Part shown: positions 38,257 to 50,189 of the stretch, one piece after another
Numbering within the stretch: position 1 is the stretch's first letter
Layout: each line of letters begins with the position of its first letter
DNA from: Pristiophorus japonicus
Taxonomy: Eukaryota
Assembly: GCF_044704955.1 (NCBI RefSeq)
Contig: NW_027252889.1
Coordinates: 248,001-312,000, forward strand
Direction of reading: 5' to 3'
DNA: 64,000 nt
The notes under the pieces: generated by a model
Database searches by the model: none
Told to the model about the DNA's origin: nothing
The model's input: only the letters and a program-made list of their open reading frames with translations
Translations under genes and position numbers: made by a program

Positions 38257-38547
38257 GACTCCCTTCATACAGAGAACTCCCAATTCCCACCACTGTAGTG
38301 GTCCAAATACACAGAACCATTTGTTGGGAACGTGGCCCACATCTCAATATACAAGCTCTGCAGATCCTGACCTGAGTAGAGCCCTTCCTCTTCATCCTGC
38401 ATAGAACACTTCTGCTGGCTTGAGGTTTCTCATGTCCACATCCCTTTGGACCATAATATCAACACCTTAGCCTAAAAGGAGGCCCAATGAAGTCCTTCTA
38501 CAGTACGCTAGTTGAAGACTCAATCGCTGGGTTTTTCCAATTAAAGT

Positions 38548-40465
38548 CATAGAATGGTTAAAGCGCAGAAGGAGGCCATTCGGCCTGTTGAGCCTGTGCT
38601 GGCTCTCTGGAAGAGCACTTAAGCACGTCCCACACAGCCACCCGTTCCCTGTAGCCCTGCAATTTATTTTCCTTCAGGTACTTATCCAATTCCCTTTTGA
38701 AAGCCACAATTGAATCTGCCTCCACCCCCCTTTCAGGCAGCGCATTCCATATCCCAACCACTCGCTGCGTAAAAAAGTTTTCCCTCATATCGCCTTTGGT
38801 TCTTTTGCCAATCACCTTAAATCTGTGTCCTCTGGTTCTCAGCGCTCCCGCCAATGGGAACAGTTTCTCTCTATCTATTCTGTCCGGACCCCCATGATTT
38901 TGAACACCTCTATCAACTGTCCTCTCAACCTTCTCTGCTCTAAGGAGAACAACCCCAGCTTCTCCAGTCGAGCGAAGTAACTAAAGTCTCTCATCCCTGG
39001 AATGTTTCTGGTAAATCTTTTCTGCACCCTCTCTAAGGCCTTCACATCCTTCCTAAAGTGCGGTGCCCAGAATTGGCCTGTTTCGATGTTTTTTTACCGC
39101 AGTTGCGGTTGAGGTCGACTCGTTCAGGAAATTCTGCTCTTAGTTTTTTTTTGTTTCCATCCAGAAGTCGGCCATAATGGGGGCGGTGACTACACCTGAG
39201 GGATAAAGACATAATGGGGGCGGTGACTACACCTGAGGGGCAAAGACATAATGGGGTCGGTGACAACAACTGAGGGGCAAAGACATAATGGGGGCGGTGA
39301 CTACACCTGAGGGGCAAAGACATAATGGGGTCAGTGACTACACCTGAGGGGCAAAGACATAATGGGGTCAGTGACTACACCTGAGGGGCAAAGACATAAT
39401 GGGGGCAGTGACTGCACCTGAGGGGTAAAGACATAATGGGGTCAGTGACTACACCTGAGGGGCGCAAGTTGGGGGCGGTGCGTATTCACCGCCGCGATGG
39501 TGTTATCGCAGCGCCACATCACCACAGCTCTCCCCTTCACTTAAAGGGGAGATCCTCTGCATTTTTAAACTTTGGTTGAGGGTTTCGGCGAGGCCAGCGG
39601 CCTGCCACCCAAGAGGGAGTTGGCGGCCCGGCCGAACCCAGGGGCATAATTGTCGGGTCAACCTGGCGATCGGCCAACAAAAAAAAACATGGCGGCAGTG
39701 CGTCCTCCCCTTTAAGGGAAGCCACACCGGCACTGCAGAAGGCCACAGCCTCACTGGACCACTGCAAAAAGGTTGTTTTGGCACCGCCGGGTGCGCCAAA
39801 GAGAATGTCGCCGTCGTGGGGTTAGATCGGCGGTGCGCACGGTGATGATGTGCTTAACACCGATCAGCAACAGAGGAACGGTAAGGGCAGGATCGGGGCA
39901 CCACCGGGAAAACTTGGGAGGGCAACTGGGTTAGCTGCCAAAAGTCAATGGCCACTCCACTCCGCAGCGTGGCCACCGATTTGCGGTGGTGACGGGCCTT
40001 AAAGGGGCAATTTCAGTCCCTATGCCTCTATTTATGAAGCCCAGGATGCCATATGCTTTTAACCACTTTTTCAACCTGCCCGACCACCTTCAACAATTTG
40101 TGCACATATGCCTCCAGGTCTCTTTGTTCATACACTCCTTTTAGGATTGTACCCTTTAGTTTATATCGCCTCTCCTCGTTCTTCCTACCAAAATGCATCA
40201 CTTTGCACTTTTCTGCATTAAATTTCATTTGCCACGTGTCCGCCCATTCCACCAGCCTGTCTATGTCCTCTTGAAGTCTATCTCTATCATCCTCGCAGTT
40301 CACTATACTTCCTAGTTTTGCGCCATCTGCAAATTGTGAAATTGTACCTTGTACACCCAAGTCCAAGTCATAAGTATATATCAAGAAAAGCAGTGGTCCT
40401 AATACCAGCCCCTGGGGAACACCACCGTAGACCTTCCTCCAGTCCGATAAACAACCGTTCACCAC
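38548..40465 (-). mobile_element. CR1 3' fragment split by a Harbinger-related non-autonomous element (about 39076-40020)
   Basis: ORFs 38558-38854 and 40028-40525 are consecutive CR1 RT parts; the insert end aaggggcaatttcagtccc (40002-40020) is the inverted match of ggggccgaaattgcccctt at 59029. Confidence 0.8.
39173..39462. repeat. Minisatellite, 37-bp unit, about 7.8 copies
   Basis: cataatgggggcggtgactacacctgaggggcaaaga starts at 39173, 39210, 39247, 39284, 39321, 39358, 39395 and 39432. Confidence 0.97.
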
Positions 40466-41384
40466 TTTTGCGGAATGTTGCCATGTTTTCGGCACAGCGG
40501 GACCTGTGCCACGACAAGAAGGCACCCATGACCCTCGCCCATTTTTTAGTCACAGGATTATTTGCAGTTTCCAGGTGTGTGCTCCCAGAGGAGGAGCAGA
40601 GATTGGCTGTGGAAGTTCCTGATGGACCTGCCCAGCATCGCACAATCAATAGCCTCTGTGCTGCCTGTTAAAAGTTGTACAAAGGTACATTTTAAAAACA
40701 AGACACAGAATCGAATACAATCAAATGATGGGCTTTTGTAATTGAAATGACTTCTCCACCACCCTACACATACCGGGGCAAGTAGTTAACCCTGGCACCT
40801 AGTGTCACCATGGGGCAAGTGAGAAACAAATAGATCAGATGGTGTAATTGAGTCATTTGCATATTATAAGATGGCCCCAGATATGGGTGGACATAGTGTG
40901 TGTCCACACCTCTGGTGGGCATGTTTGGCAGTGATGGGTATAAAATGGGAGCCGGCAGAAAACTTCCACGTTTAAGTCAATTCAAGTTACACTTGGGAGT
41001 TAGTGTGACTTAAAGCATAAAATCCAGATCCCAGCAGAGAAATTCACTGCAGGTGAGAAAACTAAGCCTCTGGCCCCTCAGACCAGGTAGACAGGCACAC
41101 TACACCAATGAATTTATCACAAGAGTCTACTTAAGTTAGGATGGCGTGTCACCAGCAGCATTGACAGCTTTTGTTCATCAAAGTGCCAGGAAGCTCAAGG
41201 CAGTCGCTAAAACAGAGCAGGACAGTTTTAGCAAGTCCGTTTCTGCCCGCATTAAAGATTAAAACCAGGTGGCCATGTGCAGCTGAAGGTAGTGGACCTT
41301 GACCTTGACTCAACAGTATGGTTTTCTGCGTATTTCTCCATTGACTGCAATGGCGCTGTTTAAGAAGAGGTAGGTAAAGGGGAT

Positions 41385-42245
41385 AAGGGAATGGAGTTTC
41401 TACAATGTGTACAGGACTCCTTTCTAACCCAATATATAAAGAGCCCAACAAGGGACCATTCGCTATTGGATCTAGTAATGAACCAGAGCAGATAAGAGAA
41501 GTAAAAGTAAGGGAGCATCTAGGCAATAGTGACCATAATATAATACGCTTTATGATAATTGAGAAGGACATAAGTATGACGACTACCAGGGTAATAGACT
41601 GAAGAAAAGCTGATTTTGAAGGGCTGAGAATAGAACTTGGGAGAATAAAATGGGCAACAATATTGGGGAAAAAATTATGTAGATAAACAATGGGAAGCAT
41701 TTAAAATGATCAACAGAATGCAGGGACAATATATTCCGCTAAAAGGAAAGAACAAACTAAACACTAATGGGACTCCATGGATGAATAAAGCCATGAGGTA
41801 ACAATTGAGGGTAAAGAAAAAGGCGTACATTAAGTACATAGACAGCAGGAGAGTGTATGATAAAGGAGAATAGGAAAAGATTAGGTGAGAAGGCAAATAA
41901 AGGCAAAGAGGAACTATGAAATTAAATGATCAAGGAACATAAAACAACATAGTAAAATATTTTACAGGCACATCAACAAAAAAAGGAAACACAAAAGCAA
42001 AATACTGCAGATGCTGGAATCTGGAATAAAAGCAGAAAATGCTGGAAATCTCAGCGGGTCAGGCAGCATCTGACATATAATAATAAAAGGAAGGTTGGGA
42101 TGGGAATAGAGCCATTAAGGGGTGGATGAGATAATACCACCAGTAATGACAGAGAGATGGCAGAAATATTCAATCATTATTTTGCTTCAATATTTACCAG
42201 GAAGCTGGAACAGGTGCACATGACATTGGATAAGGAGATTAGTAA
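41385..42245 (+). mobile_element. Old CR1 fragment (endonuclease C-terminus/linker) with a short palindromic-repeat insertion at about 41990-42085
   Basis: EHLGNSDHNIIRF and TPWMN remnants; aaaaggaa is repeated around the insert. Confidence 0.7.
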
Positions 42246-42248
42246 TAA

Positions 42249-42940
42249 GGGCCCCAAGTTTCCACACGCTACAAAACGGGCGCCCCCTCCGAGCTGGGCG
42301 CCCGTTTTTTGCACCAAAAATGGCGCCTGAAGAAAAACGCGCGATTCTGGAGCGCCCTGCAGCTCCATGGCAGCTTGTTGCGATGCCCAGGGGGGCGGAG
42401 CCTACCACTCGCGCCGATTTTTGAAGTGGGAAGGGGCGGGTACCATTTAAATTAGTTTTTTTCACGCCGGCAACCCTGCGCATGCGCATTGGAGTGTTCG
42501 CGCACGCGCAGTGTGAAGGAAACATTGGCACTCGGCCATTTTTGTAGTTCTTTGTAGCTGTTTAATTTTTGAACATTTTTTAATAAAAGCACATCGCCCT
42601 TATATGATCAGCACTGAGGCTTTCTGCAGCCTTCTCACTGCCTCCTTCCCCCCCCGCCCGGCGTCGGCTGCCTCCGGCCCCCGCTGCGGTCGGTCGGTCG
42701 GGCCCTCACTCCCTCCCTCCCTTCCCCCCGCCCGCCGTCGGGAACGGCTGCCTCCTCCCTGCCTCCCGTTCGCGAGAACGACGCCACACCGCTGAGCTGA
42801 CTGTAAGGTTTCCACCTCAAGTGGAAGGCTGCTTGCTGCCTGTTTACTGCCCGACTGACCCTCCCTCCCACCCATTCGCAGGAACGACGCCACACCGCTG
42901 AGCTGACTGAAGCTGCCTGAATCACTTTCACACAGGTAGG
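42249..42940. mobile_element. GC/CpG-rich non-autonomous element (MITE-like)
   Basis: Begins gggccccaagtttcc with an abrupt composition change; internal duplication gaacgacgccacaccgctgagctgactg near 42776 and 42882; no coding capacity. Confidence 0.5.
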
Positions 42941-44471
42941 CAGGCTAGAAGGGCTGAATGACCTACTCCTGCACCTATTTTCTATGTTTCTATGTTCTCC
43001 CTTGTCCACTCTACTGGAAACATCCTCAAAAAATTCCAGAAGATTTGTCAAGAATGATTTTCCTTTCACAAATCCATGCTGACTTGGACCCATCATGTCA
43101 CCTCTTTCCAAATGTGCTGCTATGACATCCTTAATAATGGATTCCATCATTTTACCCACTACCGATGTCAGGCTGACCGGTCTATAATTCGCTGTTTTCT
43201 CTCTCCCTCCTTTTTTAAAAAGTGGGGTGACATTGGCTACCCTCCACTCCATAGGAACTGATCCAGAGTCTATGGAATGTTGGAAAATGACTGTCCTTGT
43301 AGCACACACAAGAGATTAATGTGCAAAGTTAAAGCACATGGGATTGGGGGTAGTGTGCTGACGTGGATTGAGAACTGGTTGTCAGACAGGAAGCAAAGAG
43401 TAGGAGTAAACGGGTACTTTTCAGAATGGCAGGCAGTGACTAGTGGAGTGCCGCAAGGTTCTGTGCTGGGGCCCCAGCTGTTTACATTGTACATTAATGA
43501 TTTAGACGAGGGGATTAAATGCAGTATCTCCAAATTTGCGGATGATACTAAGTTGGGTGGCAGTGTGAGCTGCGAGGAGGATGCTATTAGGCTGCAGAGT
43601 GACTTGGATAGGTTAGGTGAGTGGGCAAATGCATGGCAGATGAAGTATAATGTGGATAAATGTGAGGTTATCCACTTTGGTGGTAAAAACAGAGAGACAG
43701 ACTATTATCTGAATGGTGACAGATTAGGAAAAGGGAAGGTGCAACGAGACCTGGGTGTCATGGTACATCAGTCATTGAAGGTTGGCATGCAGGTACAGCA
43801 GGCGGTTAAGAAAGCAAATGGCATGTTGGCCTTCATAGCGAGGGGATTTGAATACAGGGGCAGGGAGGTGTTGCTACAGTTGTACAGGGCCTTGGTGAGG
43901 CCACACCTGGAGTATTGTGTACAGTTTTGGTCTCCTAACTTGAGGAAGGACATTCTTGCTATTGAGGGAGTGCAGCGAAGGTTCACCAGACTGATTCCCG
44001 GGATGGCGGGACTGACCTATCAAGAAAGATTGGATCAATTGGGCTTGTATTCACTGGAGTTCAGAAGAATGAGAGGGGACCTCATAGAAACGTTTAAAAT
44101 TCTGACGGGTTTAGACAGGTTAGATGCAGAAAGAATGTTCCCAATGTTGGGGAAGTCCAGAACCAGGGGTCACAGTCTGAGGATAAGGGGTAAGCCATTT
44201 AGGACCGAGATGAGGAGAAACTTCTTCACCCAGAGAGTGGTGAACCTGTGGAATTCTCTACCACAGAAAGTAGTTGAGGCCAATTCACTAAATATATTCA
44301 AAAGGGAGTTAGATGAAGTCCTTACTACTCGGGGGATCAAGGGTTATGGCGAGAAAGCAGGAAGGGGGTACTGAAGTTTCATGTTCAGCCATGAACTCAT
44401 TGAATGGCGGTGCAGGCTAGAAGGGCTGAATGGCCTGCTCCTGCACCTATTTTCTATGTTTCTATGTTTCT
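42941..44471 (+). mobile_element. Young CR1 with a 5' inversion (inverted 42994-43295; forward 43303-44471), preceded by a short CR1 tail
   Basis: Minus ORF reads TVIFQHS...VDKGE; plus ORF 43277-44374 resumes at HKRLMC and runs to the C-terminus; (atgtttct)n tail. Confidence 0.92.
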
Positions 44472-44529
44472 AGTAGTGGAGTCATTAAAACAAAATACCG
44501 CTATGTCCAAAAATGGAATTTTCAGCCCT

Positions 44530-45960
44530 TAGGGTATTGCATACAGTTCTGGTCGTCATATTATAACAAGGAAATAAAGAAGCACTGGAGGGGGTGCAGA
44601 GAAGGTTTACAAGGATGATACCAGAAATGCAAGTGTATACCTATCAAGAAAGAATGAACAGGCTGGGTCTCTTTTCTCTTGAAAAACTTCGGCTGAGGGG
44701 TAGTTTCATAGAGGGCTTTAAATTTATGAACGGTTTTGATAGAGTGGATAGAAAATGTTTCCACTTGTGGGTAAGAACATAACTAGAGGCCATTAATATA
44801 AGATAGTCATCAAGAAATCCAATAAGGAATTCAAAAGAAACTTCTTTACCGAGAGAATGGTGAGAATGTGGAACTCGCTACCACAGGGAGTGGTTGAAAC
44901 GAATAGTATCGATGCATTTAAGGGGAGGCGAGACAAGCATATGAGGGAGAAGGGAATAGAGGGTAATATTGATAAATTTAGATGAGGAAAGACGGGAGGA
45001 AGCTCGAGTGGAGCATAAACGCTGGCATGGTCTGTTTCTGTGCCATATATTCAATGTAATCCTATGTCATGTCTTTATGGGGGCAACATCAGCAGCTATC
45101 ACAACTGCCCTTGGACAGGGTTTATTTTGAGCAGGTAGAACACATGCTGTTTTAAGTGAAACAAGCAGAATATACTTGCTTTGTAGGTGAAAAAGCAGGA
45201 TCCATTTTAAAAGCCTCTCTCACTCACCTGACAGACTGGGGCTCAGCTGCAGGCTTATTACACCCTGCATCGGGCACCAAGCTCTACAGCATCTGCTATA
45301 TTCGCAGTGACGTTCAGGTCCAAGGATCAGGTGCATGTGAGCCACCTCAGGCTTCAGAGGAGTGATGGAGCAGATATTGCCATCCCACCTATTGCCCTCG
45401 GAGAAAGCTGCCTGTACCAATCTGTAGCCATGTGGAGAAGTAGCACGGCAAATATCAGAGAGAGTTACTCTCTTCATTTCAGAAGCATGTGTATCAGATT
45501 AGATCACACCACCCATTGCAGAGTTCTCCGATGAGACAGACATCTCATTAATGGAATTTAGAAGAATGAGAGGGGATCTCTTAGAAACATATAAAATTCT
45601 GACGGGATTGGACAGGTTAGATGCAAGAAGAATGTTCTCGATGTTAGGGAAGTCCAGAACCAGGGGACACAGTCTAAAGATAAGGGGTAAGCCATTTAGG
45701 ACCGAGATGAGGAGAAACTTCTTCACTCAGAGAGTTGTGGGCATGTGGAATTCTCTGCCACAGAAAGTTGTTGGGGCCAGTTCGTTAGATATATTCAAAA
45801 GGGAGTTAGATGTGGCCCTCTCGGCTAAAGGGATCAAGGGGTATGGAGAGAAAGCAGGAATGGGGTACTGAAATGCATGATCAGCCATGATCATATTGAA
45901 TGGTGGTGCAGGCTCGAAGGGCCGAATGGCCTACTCCTAAATCTATTTTCCATGTTTCTA
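44530..45960 (+). mobile_element. Two CR1 3' fragments (44530-45070 and 45550-45960) flanking a unique segment
   Basis: QRRFTRMIP and RTRGHSLK..NFFTQRVV motifs with CR1 tails. Confidence 0.85.
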
Positions 45961-46269
45961 CGACAAGCTACATGGACTCATATTTAATGGATACAGTCTG
46001 CATCCTCCATCTGATTCCAACCATTTGTTTTAAATTACAGAAATCAAGTGATCTTCAAGCGGATTCCAACTCGATATACATGGTAACTATATTATCAAAT
46101 ATAGTCATTCAAACTAAGTTAGTGATTGATACCAATATAGAAATTCATGTCAATATAGTGAGTTAAGCCAAATCAAAACAATCTTTCAGAATAAAATGTT
46201 AATGGATTGCATCTACCTTTTGTTTCAGAATTTTGATCCAGTCTTAAGTCAGTGCACAAAACAGCCCCG

Positions 46270-46728
46270 TCAACAATCAAACCTGGAAAAGCTGTTGGTC
46301 CAAATGGTGTTTACCCCAAATTCTTAAAAGCACTGGGACCCAAAGCAAAGATATAGTTGACCTCCTTCTCTGAGGTACTGGCAACCGGTAAAATTCCACC
46401 AGTTTGGAGGGAGACTAAATTAATTGCCCTCCTGAAGCAGGGGAAGAACACTTGTGAATCCTCCAGCTACTGCCCGATCTCCTTCCTCTGTACTAGTTAT
46501 AAAGTGCTGGAGAGGCTGTCCATCACCGAAGTGACCCTTACCAGTTATTTACAGAGGATGGAGGCTTACTTCCACCGATGGCAACTTCAGACAAATCAAG
46601 AGACTGACACCTCGACATTCCACCTCAACACCCATCAAGAAAACCAAGCTTTGAAAGTCTCATTTTGCGGCACTGAAGTAAACCATGCCCAAAACCCTCC
46701 TATTTAGGAATCAAGCTTGATCGCATTC
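46270..46728 (+). mobile_element. Ingi/Vingi-like (I-group) LINE RT fragment, internally deleted
   Basis: PGKAVGPNGVYPKFLK, IPPVWRETKLIALLKQGK..SYCPISFL..YKVLERL joined directly to YFHRWQL..STFHLN..LKVSFCG..YLGIKLDR; clade assignment from recall of the FHLN/YLG.LDR signature. Confidence 0.6.
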
Positions 46729-46749
46729 GGTCAGTAATTACATAAATAA

Positions 46750-47550
46750 ATAAAATCTGGAATAAAAAGCTAATGTCAGGAATGGTCACCATGAAACTCC
46801 ATGATTGTCGTAAAAACCCATGTGGTTCACTAATGTCCTTTAGGGAAGGAAATCTGCCGCCCTTATATATGTCTGGCCTATATGTGACTCCAGTCCCACA
46901 GCAATGTGGTTGACTCTTAACTGGCCTCTTAAAAAAGGCTCAGCAAGCCACTCAGTTGTAACAAACCACTTCAGAAAACAATAATAATAATAAAACCGGC
47001 AGCATCTACCTCAGCACCAGCTTCAGACGCGACAAAGGATTACCCAGCCCAGTCAACCAGCAAAGTCCCTCTCACTAACATCTGGGAACTTGTGCCAAAA
47101 TTGGGAGAGCTGTCCCACAGACTAGTCAAGCAACAACCTCACATAGTCCGACTTACAGAATCAAATCTTCCAGCCAATGTCCCAGACTCCTCCATCACCA
47201 TCTCTGGGTATGTCCTGTGTCCCACCGGCAGGATAGACCCACCTGAAGTGATGGCACAGTGGTATACAGTTGGGAGGGAGTGGCCCTGGGAGTCGTCAAC
47301 ATTAACTAAGGACCTCGTGAAGTCTCATGGCTTCAGGTCAAGCATGGGCAAGGAAACCTCCTGCTGATTATCACCGACTGCCCTCCCTCAGCTGATGATC
47401 AGTACTTCTCCATGTTGAACACCATTTGGAAGAAGCACTGAGAGCAGCAAGGGCACAGAATGTACTCTGGGTGGGGAACTCCAATGTCCATCACCAAGAG
47501 TGGCTCGGTAGCACCACTACTGACCGAGCTGTCCCAGTCCTGAAGGATAT
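46750..47550 (+). mobile_element. Deu-domain SINE-like segment running into a LINE endonuclease fragment
   Basis: ggttcactaatgtcctttagggaaggaaatctgccg resembles the DeuSINE core (recall); followed by NIWELVPKLGELSHRLVKQQPHIVRLTES and WVGNSNVHHQEWLGS. Confidence 0.6.
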
Positions 47551-49157
47551 TAAATTATTTAAATGGGGAGAGATTACAAAATGCTGCGGTACAGAGGGAT
47601 CTGCGGGTCCTTGTACATGAAACACAAAAGGTTACCATGCAGGTACAGCAAATAATTAGGAAGGCAAATGGAATGTTGGCCCTTATTGCAAAGGGAATGG
47701 ACTATAACAGTAAGGAAGTCCTGCTACAACTGTACAAGGCGTTGGTAAAACCACACCTGGAGTACTGCTTACAGTTTTGCTCTCCTTATTTAAGGAAGGA
47801 TATACTTGCATTGGAGGCAGTTCAGAGAAGGTTCACGAGATTGATTCCTGAGATGAAGGAGTTGTCATATAAAGAAAGGTTGAGCAGGTTGGGCTGAGAG
47901 AGTGGGGATGGGGTGAGAGCACAAATGAGGGAAATAGACCGGACACAGCTGAGGGCCATGTTAACCATAGTAGAGGGGTATCTGTGGTTGAGGAAAAAGG
48001 AAGAAATATTGGATCCAAAAAAATCTCAGATGCAGGAAGCAAAGTGTAATAATGGTCAATGGGTGTTTTTGTGATGGGAAGGCTGTTTCCAGTGGAGCAG
48101 CGCAGGGCTCAGTACTAGGTCCCTTGCCTATATGTCAATGATTTGGAATTTAATGTAGGGGGTATGATTAAGAAATTTGTAGATGATACAAAAATTGACT
48201 GTGGTTGATAAAGAAGAAAGTTGTAGACTGCAGGACGATATAAATTAACTGGTCAGGTGGGCAGAAAAGTGGCAAATGGAATTCAATCCGGAGAAGCGTG
48301 AGGTAATGCATGAGGATGGCTAACAAGGCAATGGAATACACAATAAATGGTAGGACATAGAGGTGTCGAGGAAGAGGGGCCTTGGAATGCATGTCCACAG
48401 ATCACTGAAGGTAGCAGGGCAGGTGGATAAGGTGGTTATGAAGGCACATGGAATACTTGCCTTTATTAGCCAAGGCATAGAATATAAGAGCAGGGAGGCT
48501 ATGCTTGAACTATATAAAACACTAGTTAGGCCATAGCTGGAGTACTGCATGCAGTTCAGGTCACCATATTACAGGGAAGGTGTGATTGCACTAAAGAGGG
48601 TTCAGAGGAGATACAGGAATTGCCTGGACTGTATAACCACAATCCCTTGGGAGCACCTGTATATAAGGAGGCATCATAGGGTGGAGAGGCACTCCGAGAT
48701 CTGTAATAAAGGATTACGGTCACACTTACTTTGAACTTGCAGCATCTAGTCTGACTTTTTATTCAAGAGATAACAGATACGGTGGCAAGTGCTGCAGGGA
48801 ATCGAATATGGCCAGGGTGATCTCCTGGACTAGTTTTGATTGCCTAGATGGGTCGGAGAGGAATTTTCCCAGATTTTTTTCCCCCAATTGGCCTGAGTTA
48901 TCTGGTTTTTGCCTCTCCCAGGAGATCACATGGCTCCGGTTGGGGTGGTGTGTAGAATGTTTTGGTGCAAGGGGTGTTGCGATTGTGTGGGGGCGGACTG
49001 GTTGGGCTGGGTGCTCTTTACCTTTCCGCCATATTCATTGGTTTATCTGAAACCTTCAGGGCTGCTGACCGAGGGCCATGTAGCTCTTGTCAGCCGGCAC
49101 GAGAACGATAGGTCGAAATGGCCTCCTTCTACATTGTAGATTTCTATGTTTCTATGT
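47551..49157 (+). mobile_element. Degraded CR1 fragments, a partial solo LTR (about 48638-48775) and the structured CR1 3' tail
   Basis: RT C-terminal motifs; atcccttgggagcac..ggtcacacttactttga..taaca matches the LTRs at 53712 and 55661; tail homologous to 9130-9478. Confidence 0.75.
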
Positions 49158-49231
49158 AAAAGAGCAATGGCTTGTCAACAGGTTTGTTTGGCTGTTTAGA
49201 AATGCATCTGTGTCCAGGAAAGATCTAGGAA

Positions 49232-49878
49232 AAGCTCTGCCCACCTGGGGCTCGCTTGCCATGTAGGAGTTCAGAGTAGAGCGCTCTATTTGAGAGTCTT
49301 TTGTCGGGCATGCGGACAATGTGGCCTGGCCAACGGAGTTGGTCGAGTGTGGTCAGTGCTTCAATGCTGGGGATGTTGGCCTGATTGAGGATACAGACGT
49401 TGGTGCTTCTGTACTCCCAGGAGATTTGAGGATCTTGCGGAGGCATCGCTGGTGGTATTTCTCCAGCAAAGTGAGGTGTGTACGGTATATGAGCCATACA
49501 GGAGGGTGGGTATCGCATCCTTTGTCGTCGAACTACAGTACGTGGATGACGCTTGTGCTGTGCACATTCAGAGGCTGAACTCCAAGTCATCGTCAACATC
49601 ATCAACAAGGAGTACAAAAGCATTGGCCTTACACTAAACATCCGTAAGACAAAGGTCTTCCACCAACCTGACCCCGCCACACAGCACTGGCCCCCAGTCA
49701 TCAAGATCCACAGCGCAGCCCTGGAGAACATGGACCACTTTCCATACGTCGGGAGCTTATTATCAGCAACAGCAGATATCGACGAGGAGGTTCAACACCG
49801 CCTCCAGTGCAGCAGTGCAGCCTTCGGAAGAGAGTGTTCGAAGATCAGGCCCTCAAATCTGGCACCAAGCTTATGGTC
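49232..49878. mobile_element. RTE LINE fragment with an internal inversion (minus 49232-49514, plus 49516-49878)
   Basis: Plus part ELQYVDD..GLTLNIRKTKV..FPYVGS..; minus part YHQRCLRKIL..LRWPGHIVRMPD..ELLHGKR. Confidence 0.85.
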
Positions 49879-50189
49879 GAGTGATAGTTATTATTACAAG
49901 TCTCCCCCCACCCAACCCCACCCCCACCCCACAATAGCTCGATTATCAATTATTGGGATGTTTTTAGTGTCCTCTACCGTGAAGTCCGATACAAAATATT
50001 TGTCCAAAGACTCTGCCATTTCCGTTTCCCATTATTAATTCCCCAGTCTCATTCTCTAAGGGACCAACATTTACTTTAGCTAATCGTTTCCTTTTGATAT
50101 AACTGTAGAAACTCTGACAGTATGTGGTTATATTTCTTGCTAGTTTATTCTCATTCTATCTTCTCCGTCTTTATCCCTCTGTTCTAGAA

